Below are positions 52,225 to 61,329 of a stretch of DNA of 64,000 nt, piece by piece (position 1 is the first letter of the stretch; each line of letters starts with the position of its first letter). Position numbers and translations under genes: made by a program. The stretch is taken from the IMG/VR virus record IMGVR_UViG_3300005973_000002; one strand, given 5' to 3'. The stretch is from a virus. Its lineage: Duplodnaviria; Caudoviricetes. The notes beneath the pieces are model-generated. The model searched no databases and was not told the DNA's origin. It worked only from the letters and a program-made list of their open reading frames with translations.

Positions 52225-52776
52225 TCATTGAATTTCTCCGAGTGCTAACTTGAGGATATAACGAGTAATCTCTCGGTCTTCTTCCCTGCGCTTTTGCTGT
52301 GCGTAATCCAATCCAAGTCTGTTGTAGTCCTCTTCATCCAATTTCGAAACCTTTTTGTGATATCTTTTTACCTTGTTTTCAAATGAAGTGTAATGTTCGG
52401 TTGGATTGACCAACGACAAAAATGCTTCATTTTCTCCTCGGCGCCAACGATTTGTTGTGGTGGATGCGGTACAAGATATAACCTTGCAATTAGGCCAGTT
52501 TCTAGCGCCCGCCATGCACAATAAATCTGCACCTCGGGCACTTACTGCCTTTTGCTTATATTCGCTTCCAAGCTCTTTACCTTTGGGAGACACATAAGCT
52601 CGATAAATAAAACTCTGGCTTTCCTCGTATGAATATGGCACATGAATAGCATGCAAGATCCTACTTGCACCAAGAGTCTGGGCGAGTTGATGAATACCAA
52701 TTCCACCACCAGTTACCACAAAAGCAAGTTTGGGACCTTGGTAACGATGTACGAAATCATCAAATACGTCTTGCAC
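52225..52776 (-). CDS. CinA/PncC-like domain protein
   Basis: VVTGGG..GASRIL....VPYS..AVS..A...CTASTTT.R.RRG resembles the CinA-like N-terminal domain of bacterial CinA-NMNAT-like fusions. Confidence 0.6.
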   Translation of the reverse strand: MQDVFDDFVHRYQGPKLAFVVTGGGIGIHQLAQTLGASRILHAIHVPYSYEESQSFIYRAYVSPKGKELGSEYKQKAVSARGADLLCMAGARNWPNCKVISCTASTTTNRWRRGENEAFLSLVNPTEHYTSFENKVKRYHKKVSKLDEEDYNRLGLDYAQQKRREEDREITRYILKLALGEIQ

Positions 52777-53656
52777 ACTTTTCTCGCAATCTTTCCAGTT
52801 TTTCGTCTAGGCTTCGAAGGTAGTCTAATCCATACGGACCATTTTCTAAACCTTCATAAAGATGCTGTGGTAGGTCGTTTTCAATTTCTTTACAACAAGA
52901 ACCAATGCCCAGCGCCATGGCCGCAATTGAATCTACGTCGCCCGTATAATCAATACACTCTTTAAGGCATTCGCTCAAAGAATTATTTCTCAATACTGAT
53001 GAAATTGCTGCCTTGACACAGGGAATAGCATCACTAGTACAACGTTTTCCTACCGGCCAAAGATCTTTTTTATCGTTGAAAATTCTACTTGAACCACTAC
53101 CAAGTACAAGGAAATCAACCAAATTATTCTTTTTGCCATCATTGTAAAGAAAATAGTGTGTAGCCAAAGCAACTGCTTGCGAGGAAGCAATTGCATCAGG
53201 CGTATCGTGAGTCACTTGAGCTTGCATTCTAGAAAATGTTAAGACTTTATAAACGTTCGGTAGGTATCCGATCGAACACGATCTCATTGCTGCGCCGCAT
53301 TTATTTGACTTCTTCGACAGCTTGGCAAGCAACTCTTTACCAGACTCAACTTGATCTAAGATAGCTTGAAAACGACGTGAATATGCATTTCTTGCATCAC
53401 GTTTATACACCTCCACCCATTTGTTTGCGAGTTTGAGCGGAAGTGTATTTGGATCAAAATGGTCGTTTTCCAAAAGATACTCTGTTACACCAATTGACAT
53501 CTAGGTGTCATCTGTATATGAACCTGCTGGCAAATGTCCTGGAAGATTGTGCGGATAATATGTACTCAAATCATTTTTGATCTGGGTAAGTCGCTCAGGT
53601 TTTGCAAACTCAAAACCTCCTCCATAAGCATCCCCAATTCCGATTTTCACCAACAT
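52760..53656 (-). pseudogene. ADP-ribosylglycohydrolase (ARH/DraG family) with in-frame TAG at codon 52 (53501-53503)
   Basis: AGGAG SD, ATG 53656, GDAYG, YTDDT*M, GAAMR, QVTHD, GDVDSIAAM; both parts in one frame. Confidence 0.85.
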
Positions 53657-53713
53657 GCCATTCTCCTACTTGTTACAAATGAGCAAAGTTCAACGAATCG
53701 GACTTTATCTATC

Positions 53714-54175
53714 TCAACTAGCATGCCTTACCCAATCTTTTTCAAATGCTGCCTTTAAATCTTCATAATCTTTTCGAGGCATAGAAGATTTTACCTTTTG
53801 AAGGATAGCTGCTGCGTGCCTTGATTTCCCAAGGACTTTCTCTTTTGCCGAGAAATAAAGATTTGTAGGAACGATAAATGGAAGCCAAAGTGGAAGCGTG
53901 GGCAATGAGAACAAAGCAACGCCTATGGCTCCCGAGCCCATATTTTCCTTATTAATAATAAGGCTCGAACAAGTGCTGTTTATCCCTTGGCTTTCAATGG
54001 CAATGACATATTGGTTGCCCTTTTTATCTGAAAGATAAAAAGAATCTAAACCAGTTGTCTTGTTTTTCTTGCGTTCAACAAATTTAAGTTTTGGAATCAT
54101 TGGAATGTCGGCCCATACAGCCCAGGCTCCAAAAAGTATAACACCTGATAGAATTGCCGCTTCTTCAAAATTCAT
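53714..54175 (-). CDS. Putative membrane protein
   Basis: Two hydrophobic segments. Confidence 0.5.
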   Translation of the reverse strand: MNFEEAAILSGVILFGAWAVWADIPMIPKLKFVERKKNKTTGLDSFYLSDKKGNQYVIAIESQGINSTCSSLIINKENMGSGAIGVALFSLPTLPLWLPFIVPTNLYFSAKEKVLGKSRHAAAILQKVKSSMPRKDYEDLKAAFEKDWVRHAS

Positions 54176-54269
54176 ACTAACCTACTTTCCTTCGTAGGAC
54201 GACGTCCTACAGCGCACTTTATATAATCTTTCAAGATTTCTTTGGCTTTCTCGGCCTCATAATTTTCTA

Positions 54270-54872
54270 CTATTTGGGAGCCACCTCACGGAAATTGGTT
54301 AGCATTGAATTTCGTACCGGTTTCCATTTTTCTTCGTAATGCTGCCAATCTTCACTCAAATCATCCATTATTTCTTTAAAAAGATGATTAACTTCGCTGT
54401 ATCTAAAAATAGATCGTGAAGTTGCAATCTGGATTCCGAAGCTAATGATTCTGATTGAGTGCCACAAAGACTTCTTGCCTCGCTCAAGTTCTTTTTCACG
54501 ATCATACGGCGAAACAAATTTTTTCTTAGCTTTGACCCAGGAATGACTAGACTTCTCTGAAAGAGAGTGCCTTAGTCTAGCTTTATCCAGTTTAAACTTC
54601 CAAGGAACATCAGGTTGAATAAGAACCTTGTCACTTGGAAGATGATAGCACTCCAAGGCCATAATGTGATGTTCATCTAACAAACGTTGGAAATGATTTG
54701 GAGTGAGATACCTGATATTAATCAAACCCTTGTTCATTTCGCCTAGACGAACCTGATCCTTTATTGCGACATAGTCCCAATCTGAATCAGAACGAGCAGT
54801 GCCATACACTCTGCTCCCAAAAGGATAAAGTGCATAGTAACTGTCCTTAGGCAATTGAGGTTGATGTTGCAC
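54270..54872 (-). CDS. Pol-beta superfamily nucleotidyltransferase
   Basis: YPFGSRVYGTARSDSDWDYV; helical C-terminal domain (KSLWHSIRI). Confidence 0.85.
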   Translation of the reverse strand: MQHQPQLPKDSYYALYPFGSRVYGTARSDSDWDYVAIKDQVRLGEMNKGLINIRYLTPNHFQRLLDEHHIMALECYHLPSDKVLIQPDVPWKFKLDKARLRHSLSEKSSHSWVKAKKKFVSPYDREKELERGKKSLWHSIRIISFGIQIATSRSIFRYSEVNHLFKEIMDDLSEDWQHYEEKWKPVRNSMLTNFREVAPK

Positions 54873-54873
54873 A

Positions 54874-56460
54874 CTAACCTCGATATCGATTAATCAGGGA
54901 CTCCACCTCAGTCTGGAGTAAATCACTTCTTCGACCCGCAGAAAATGGCATTTCATCGAATTCACGGATTACACGAGCCTCACAGGTCATGAAATCATCA
55001 GTGAAGCCAGGGCCGAAAGGTTCATCAGAAGTGCCATCGTAATAGGTAACCAATGCATCATCACCAAGTTCGCCAGGTGCCGCAAGAGTGACCCCAGAGG
55101 TAAGGGCAATATCATCACGGAGAACCATGCATTCTGGGAGAGTCTGCTTACCAGGAGAATTGCTCAACTTGATAACTGGACGATCGTCGTTGCCGACAGC
55201 ACAGAGAGCAAATTTGGTGCTCATGTGGTCCCTGTTGATATTGTTACGAAGATGCCCGCCAATACTGAAAATACCACATCGCCATGGAACAAAACCGGCC
55301 GCAAGAGCTGCGTCGGTAATTTGAAGAACACTATCAAACGATTCACCGTTACCAACAATAAATCGAAGCGTGGTAGAAACATGACGTGTGACACCATCAG
55401 CACACAAGTGCTCAGCCATAAGCCCAGCCTGATGTGCCTTTTGTAGAGTACCAATCACCATATCTGTCGAATCGCCTGAATCAGGACGGGCAACAACGGT
55501 TCTTCCAGAGCCATCCGCCTGAGCCCTAAGGGCAAGGGGGATAAGGTGTTTCTCAAGCGCAGCCCAATAATCATAACAATCACCAACCATGCTGAGTAAT
55601 TCGTGATTGTCAGCAGTATCGTACATGTTCTCATAACAGTCGCCTTCGACTGCATAACCCTGCACGATGCGATGCGCAAGAGCTTTCACCGAAGAGCCAA
55701 AAGCAGCTGGTGCGCCATTTTTCCAGTTCTGGAAAGCAGCACGGAACGTGTCCGTACCAAACCAGACATAGTTGTGAACCCGACCCACCAATTCCGATTC
55801 CATTGGAGATGCTGCTGCCCTGTCGCCGAAATCATGAATCATGAGTCGGGCAAAAAACATGCACTCCTCGTCGCTAACCGAGTCAGGCTCAAATTTCCTG
55901 ATGAGATTGTAGGCATACTTCAAAAAGTGTCGAGCGGCGGTCAAACGCTCCGTGGCAGCCCAAACATGCAGCAGGGTGGACTCGAACCAAGGAACCAGCG
56001 GTCCAAACCCAGGCTCTGTAGCCTCCACCCTGAGGAATGGCTCGTGCGGATAAATTACAGAGCCTTCGGGCATTCCAACGACCTTGAGTGGAAGGTAGCC
56101 TCCGTATTCCTTGACGACTCGTCGCCACATTTCCTCAGGAAATTCGAAATCGTCAAAAGATCCGTCGTACTTTGCCTTTCGGCCCTTCAAAAATTCGATA
56201 GTCTCATCGATTTCGGAATTGGTGATCGGATCGTAAAAAAGCAAGTCGCAAAGCTGTTGCAAACCAGCAAAGACAATACGCTGGTCTTCAGGCGAATAAA
56301 ACGGCTCATGTGCATGAGGAAACTTCCTGAAAGTACCGTAATACTTGGAATTTTCCGTAGCCTCTTGGCTCTCGAAGGTAAATCCGTTAATGGTGTAAGC
56401 GTCACTCCAGAGCATTCTGGGTGTTCTATGATATCTTCTTGCGGGTAGTTTCTTTGCCAT
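54874..56460 (-). CDS. nadV: Nicotinamide phosphoribosyltransferase-family enzyme
   Basis: SDAY, PHEP..RVE, FES.L, IHDFGDRA, FGTDT, DCYDY, VVARPDSGD, IGG.L...INRD, KLS..PGK. Confidence 0.85.
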   Translation of the reverse strand: MAKKLPARRYHRTPRMLWSDAYTINGFTFESQEATENSKYYGTFRKFPHAHEPFYSPEDQRIVFAGLQQLCDLLFYDPITNSEIDETIEFLKGRKAKYDGSFDDFEFPEEMWRRVVKEYGGYLPLKVVGMPEGSVIYPHEPFLRVEATEPGFGPLVPWFESTLLHVWAATERLTAARHFLKYAYNLIRKFEPDSVSDEECMFFARLMIHDFGDRAAASPMESELVGRVHNYVWFGTDTFRAAFQNWKNGAPAAFGSSVKALAHRIVQGYAVEGDCYENMYDTADNHELLSMVGDCYDYWAALEKHLIPLALRAQADGSGRTVVARPDSGDSTDMVIGTLQKAHQAGLMAEHLCADGVTRHVSTTLRFIVGNGESFDSVLQITDAALAAGFVPWRCGIFSIGGHLRNNINRDHMSTKFALCAVGNDDRPVIKLSNSPGKQTLPECMVLRDDIALTSGVTLAAPGELGDDALVTYYDGTSDEPFGPGFTDDFMTCEARVIREFDEMPFSAGRRSDLLQTEVESLINRYRG

Positions 56461-56571
56461 GCGGCCTCCTATGGAGCCAGACTAACACTAAGTGGTGGGC
56501 GTGTAAAGCCCAAAAGCTCTTAGCTTTATCACCACTTGAGTTAGTTTACCATAAGTTGGCTAGGATTTGAA
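56461..56571 (-). promoter_or_regulatory. Promoter plus structured 5' leader of the NAMPT-family gene
   Basis: TTCAAA (56571-56566), 17 nt, TGG-TAAACT (56548-56543); leader folds into AAGTGGT/ACCACTT, AAAGCT/AGCTTT and GGGC/GCCC helices, plus GGCTCC/GGAGGCC over the SD. Confidence 0.6.
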
Positions 56572-56898
56572 CTAGACTTTAAAGCTCGACCCGCAGCCGC
56601 AAGTCGACTTTGCTTTAGGGTTGATAAATTTGAAACCAGCACCCATTAGGCCATCTACATAATCAATGATTGAACCTTCTATGTAAGTCATCGACATCAT
56701 ATCAACAACAACTTTTATTTCGCCAAATTCAAAGACATGGTCAGTGTCATTAACATTTTCCTCTTCTTCAAAAAAGAGATCATGGGTATATCCAGAACAT
56801 CCACCACCCTTAATTCCTGTACGAATTATTGGCGTCAAATCTTCCTTTTGGGCGATTTCTTTAACCTTATCTACTGCTTTATCAGTTAGTTCTAACAT
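56572..56898 (-). CDS. iscA: Fe-S cluster assembly accessory protein (IscA/HesB/ErpA family)
   Basis: LTDKA, GIKGGGCSGY, VVDMMSMTYIEGSIIDY, FINPKAKSTCGCGSSF. Confidence 0.92.
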   Translation of the reverse strand: MLELTDKAVDKVKEIAQKEDLTPIIRTGIKGGGCSGYTHDLFFEEEENVNDTDHVFEFGEIKVVVDMMSMTYIEGSIIDYVDGLMGAGFKFINPKAKSTCGCGSSFKV

Positions 56899-57684
56899 GT
56901 GTCTTTTACTCGCTTTCTTGATTTAGACGGAGGCTTCATAATCGAAAGTGAAGACAAAAAATCGCTAATATCAATCCAAACATTACCACCACCAATAATG
57001 CAAAACTGATAATATTCTGGAAACTTATCGTGCCTTTCCAAAAACATCATCTTAGAGTTTTTTGGAACCGTGGTCAAGATCTGCTTAAAATAATGCCAGG
57101 TTTTATATGATCCACGCTTGCCAGGTTTTGTTGTCCGTGCAGCATTAATTTCGTCCAACGTTTTAACGAGCGTTCCTTGCTTCATGAGCATAAAACTATC
57201 TAGTTTTGGAAGTCGACCACCATTTTGGATGTACCGTAATGTGAAATCTTTGTTTTTATTAGCAAGTTTACGGCTATAGCCGGATTTTGAAAGGTTTATT
57301 GCCCTCGTGGTAATAGCTTTATTAAGCATTGTTTTTCTTTTTTTGTTAAACATATCAGCAAAGCGAGCAGTCACTCAAATGTTCTCTAAACATGTTTATA
57401 GCTTCGTCTACAGCTTTGTAAAGCTTATCATGAACACTTGTCTTAAATGAACAAGCAGGTTCATTACCAAGTTTTGACTTGGTCCAAATGGTAATAGAAA
57501 ACTTATCATTCGGCAATTTGTTCAATTGCCATCCAAAAGCCGAGTCTAATTCACCAAATTTATCAGAGAGATTCATTGAATTAATTATTCTTCCTATTTT
57601 ATCTTGATGTTTAATCAACATCAACAATCTTGCCTTGAATGAGTGCTTTATCCTGAAACACGTCATCGAAGAATGGAATAACAA
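56892..57684 (-). CDS. Two hypothetical ORFs (56892-57374 SH3/KOW-like; 57355-57684)
   Basis: KQGTLVK..VPKNS..NVWID pattern in the first. Confidence 0.5.
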
Positions 57685-58186
57685 ACTTTCTTCCCTTGTA
57701 AAGGGTATAGAAATCTTCTACATCCTGTGCTAATGGCAAAATCACACGAGATTTTACAGTCATGTTGTCCCCATGTGTTTCTATCAATTCGGCCATACTC
57801 CCTTCGGGAGTCTTTTCTACAAAAATAACTGAATCCTGTTCAAAAGCCGAACCCAATCTCATTATGTCATCCTTGGTAATATTTGGAACGACAAATGGTC
57901 TTTCGACATTTCCATATCTACCACTAACCTGATAGAAACCATACCCAAGTTCTCTAAGCTCTTCTGCCAATTCACGATTTCTTTCTCGGTTTTGCTTTGG
58001 AGTTAGCTTTTGTGCCATTGGATTTTCAGCTGTAATGATTCCAATGGTGTCAATACTTGGCTCCATTCCAGCCAAACTACGCACTAGTCGAGCATAACCG
58101 CCTTCCTCAAGGTGTTCTTCATTGAGCATGCCGACAATTCGTCGGACTTCTTTTCGTATGATTTCTTTTAAAATTTTATCAATCAT
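57611..58186 (-). CDS. DUF3293-like protein with acidic (I/L)xE-rich N-terminal extension
   Basis: IITAENP....N.ERN.EL...L..LGY, E.PF.V, AFEQDSVI. Confidence 0.6.
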   Translation of the reverse strand: MIDKILKEIIRKEVRRIVGMLNEEHLEEGGYARLVRSLAGMEPSIDTIGIITAENPMAQKLTPKQNRERNRELAEELRELGYGFYQVSGRYGNVERPFVVPNITKDDIMRLGSAFEQDSVIFVEKTPEGSMAELIETHGDNMTVKSRVILPLAQDVEDFYTLYKGRKFVIPFFDDVFQDKALIQGKIVDVD

Positions 58187-58560
58187 GGTAATGCTAAATA
58201 TTACTTGGACTAGGCAGCTTAACTAAAATTTTACCATTTACCATTGCTTGCGAATTGAAGTCTGCGCCCATAAGCCAGCCCCTAACGATTCCGTTGGAAG
58301 AATGATGAACTTGCCTTAGGTATTCTTCCTTTATAGAAACAAGCACAAGATTCCAATCTTTCTTCCGGAAGCCGTTTGGAAAAAATATAGAATCAATCAT
58401 GTCTCTAAAAAGTAGGTTTATTTCATCCATTGACTGAAGTTGATCATTTTCACTGGCAAATGTCGGCTTTTCATCAGTTGCCCAAACAAAAATAATAGGA
58501 TCAGAATTACCAAGGGCACTAATGCAAAACTTTTCTAGTTCTTGTTGACCTACTACGAGT

Positions 58561-59139
58561 TCAGACCTCAGCCTGGTCTCCCCACACGTCCCAGCCTGTG
58601 ACTTTTCCTCTTGCGAAAACTTCGATTCTGGGTCTTTTGCCATAAGCTTGTTCGATAAGCTTACGAAATATAGCAGGTTTTGAACTGTGTGATTTTTTAC
58701 CACTAACCCTTGGAGCCAAAACAACATGTGGAAGTTTTTCGTCCAAAAGTTTAAAGGGCCGACCTTGCTTACTCGTAGTTGCTAACAATAAGTATTCAGT
58801 TGTTGGCTTACTGTAAGTAGCACGAATACCCTGGCCATTAATGATACCATTGTCGCTCTTGCGAGTTTTTACCCAGACATGAGCAACGCCCCTAAATTGC
58901 AAACCCCATGCTTCAATGGCTTCGATTGCAAAATGCAAACGTGGACTTGTTGCCCAGCAAAAAACAGCACCTGGTTTATTCAGGATATTGCGAATAGGAA
59001 GCTTTTTGATATCATCCACAGACATCAAATTGTAGTGCTTGCCGGCAGCAGCATTTTTATTTGGATCACCGTAGTATGGCCACGGTGGATCAATATAGAC
59101 TATGTCGTATTTCTTATTTGGCCACACAAGACTGGACAT
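58561..59139 (-). CDS. MT-A70 family methyltransferase
   Basis: YDIVYIDPPW, HYNLM, WATSPRL..AI..IEAWG, VWVKT, TEYLLL, HSSKP, IEVFAR...GWDVWGDQ. Confidence 0.9.
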   Translation of the reverse strand: MSSLVWPNKKYDIVYIDPPWPYYGDPNKNAAAGKHYNLMSVDDIKKLPIRNILNKPGAVFCWATSPRLHFAIEAIEAWGLQFRGVAHVWVKTRKSDNGIINGQGIRATYSKPTTEYLLLATTSKQGRPFKLLDEKLPHVVLAPRVSGKKSHSSKPAIFRKLIEQAYGKRPRIEVFARGKVTGWDVWGDQAEV

Positions 59140-59159
59140 TGTTACCTTACTTGTTTATT

Positions 59160-60407
59160 TCAGCCGGTCCTTTTAGTTAAATCAAAATGCGTTTCAATGA
59201 AGTTGATAACCATTTCAGGATCAGCCGTTGAGCGGAAAAGAACGTTAGGACCATGTTTGTCTAACATGACAGCCCCAATCTTATCCGACTCAAATAGTTT
59301 AATACCACTAGCAGTGTTTTGTCCACACTGATGCGAACCACACTCAAAGAACTTTTGAGAAACCTTAGGAATAACATTTTTAGTTTTCATTTCGCAATGA
59401 AAATGAACAACGCAATCAAATTGATCATATTGTCGAAGCAATTCAAATTGACTTCGTACACCCGCACTAGGCTTTCCACCAATCGATTCGACAATTTCAT
59501 TGTCAGAAAATGACACCATGGCAAGATCAAGCCCACCAGGTTCATTATAATTCTGTTTTCTTCTCGAAGAGAAGATACACTTTTCATTAACCAAGAATCC
59601 AAAATGACCAACGGTTTTGCCATCGAAAGCTTGGTAAGCCCCTCGTTTTACACAATGTTCAACTACGGTCTTCAGCGTAGAAGGAGCTGTATGCCATGCA
59701 ATGGGTACATCGGCCACAACTCTTGTTCTTGTAAATTCATTTGTTGAGCGAGCTAATGTAATATCGATTAATTCATTCAATGCTTCAAAACGATCAGTGG
59801 TTTTTCCGTAGGCAGCCATTTCTGGCGTAAGAATCATATTCATGCGAGTATGAACATCATTAGCGAGGACAAGATTGCAACTGTTTTGCTTTAACAGTTT
59901 CATACCTGCTTCAAACTGCTCCTCTTCGGTTGCGCCAGCTGTTGTTTTAAAGCCTACCAAAAAAATGTCCTTCCTCGTTTTGCGAATACGACCAATGATC
60001 TTATCCGCTGGTTTCATTGAAAGCATGTGTAAACCATTTGATGTCTTCAGCCTTGGTTGTTCTTTTCCAGACTCGGTTACTCCAACATTATATTCATTTC
60101 CAGCGAGCACATTACCCTCAAAATCACAGAGTGCAGCACTCATGAAGAGGATTTTTGGTGCTGGATCATCCAGCAAATTGTCAATAAGCTTGGAAATGTC
60201 ATCGTTTGTTTCAAGCGAATCCCCACCAGCCATTCTTGTTAGGTGGAGTTGAATTTTTCGATTTGAATCCTTAGATAGGATTAAATTCCTGAGGATTTTC
60301 GCTGTTTTGCCGTAGGCTGGAGCGCTTAGCGCTAAATGTGGCCTGATATGGAAAACAGTTCCTCCACCGATAATATGAATTTCTTTGGTAGCTTCTTTTG
60401 GCGACAT
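59160..60407 (-). CDS. Phosphopantothenate-cysteine ligase (CoaB)-like domain fused to a class II aldolase-like domain
   Basis: GGGT, SAALCDF, LVGFKT, CNLVLAND; C-terminal KPS, VVHFH, HG. Confidence 0.7.
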   Translation of the reverse strand: MSPKEATKEIHIIGGGTVFHIRPHLALSAPAYGKTAKILRNLILSKDSNRKIQLHLTRMAGGDSLETNDDISKLIDNLLDDPAPKILFMSAALCDFEGNVLAGNEYNVGVTESGKEQPRLKTSNGLHMLSMKPADKIIGRIRKTRKDIFLVGFKTTAGATEEEQFEAGMKLLKQNSCNLVLANDVHTRMNMILTPEMAAYGKTTDRFEALNELIDITLARSTNEFTRTRVVADVPIAWHTAPSTLKTVVEHCVKRGAYQAFDGKTVGHFGFLVNEKCIFSSRRKQNYNEPGGLDLAMVSFSDNEIVESIGGKPSAGVRSQFELLRQYDQFDCVVHFHCEMKTKNVIPKVSQKFFECGSHQCGQNTASGIKLFESDKIGAVMLDKHGPNVLFRSTADPEMVINFIETHFDLTKRTG

Positions 60408-60475
60408 GTTCCACCCCTCTAAGGGTTAGAGTGTTTACCACAAACCTACCAAGCCAGTGAAACTTTTTGAAGTGA

Positions 60476-61030
60476 TTATCTTGACCGGCGTCGTATTACT
60501 ACTTGTTGGTCAACAATTGTTGATAACAAATGGGGAGTTGGATCTAACAGCTGTGGAGGTTTTGGGAATTGATAACTCCAAGTAACTCGCTTTCGTGTTC
60601 CAATGGAATATAGTTCTAGATGTAGCATGCAGGTATCTTTTCGTCGCTTTTTCTTATTAATTCGGATTACGTTGCCTACAATCTCCCCAGCTTTTACCTC
60701 TTGGCCAATTTTTAGACCATTTCTCTCCTTCACGTTACAATAAGCAACAACACCAGTTTTGCCTTCAATTAAAATAACCCTGGTTCTATTGAGCCAGGGT
60801 TTGTTTTCTTTATGTTTGCTAAAATCTCTTATGCTTACAACAATTCCATCTTCTACTGCGGCGAGTGGTTGATTATGATCACAAAATAAATCAACGCCAG
60901 TATGACGATTATATGGACGCTTCGCTCCGAAACCTGCTGGATGATATTTGCCGTTGGGCAATGCCCAAGTGCATCCGGGGAGCGGTGATTTCCAATTTGA
61001 TTGGGTATCAGTATTAATTGTTTTATTCAT
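60476..61030 (-). CDS. M23 family peptidase (paralog of 29419-29928)
   Basis: HTGVDLF, AAVEDGIVV, LIEGKTGVVAY, MLHLELY, LDPTPHL. Confidence 0.8.
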   Translation of the reverse strand: MNKTINTDTQSNWKSPLPGCTWALPNGKYHPAGFGAKRPYNRHTGVDLFCDHNQPLAAVEDGIVVSIRDFSKHKENKPWLNRTRVILIEGKTGVVAYCNVKERNGLKIGQEVKAGEIVGNVIRINKKKRRKDTCMLHLELYSIGTRKRVTWSYQFPKPPQLLDPTPHLLSTIVDQQVVIRRRSR

Positions 61031-61329
61031 GTCTAATCTCTTCTAAGTCCTGCTCAAAGAATATTAGTTTTCTTTTTCCTATTAGTAATTCAACAGCTGG
61101 TTCATGTTCTCTTGATAGAAATGCAACTTGAACCTTTCTTAACTCCAGACCTATTAAGTCGGTAAAAATGTACTCAACCGGCAAAAACTCTGTGTTGACC
61201 AAATATATTGTTTCATCTTCATCGAGTCCAAAAATGGACAATGTTTCAACTGGTTCTTTTCGCTGAGCGGCTAATATCGGATTGACAAAATCAGTTTTAC
61301 TTATAGCCTCAAAAACTATAAGCAATGGA

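Noticed and set aside
52080-52228. Second frameshifted small membrane gene after the CinA-like ORF
   Set aside because: The joined frame overlaps another plausible ORF (51844-52077), so the gene model cannot be resolved by eye.
12058-54210. N4-type hairpin promoters
   Set aside because: Triloop sequences are not conserved and no virion RNA polymerase gene is seen in the window.
56490-56540. Hammerhead ribozyme in the NAMPT leader
   Set aside because: The three-helix geometry is similar, but the CUGAUGA and GAAA core sequences are absent.
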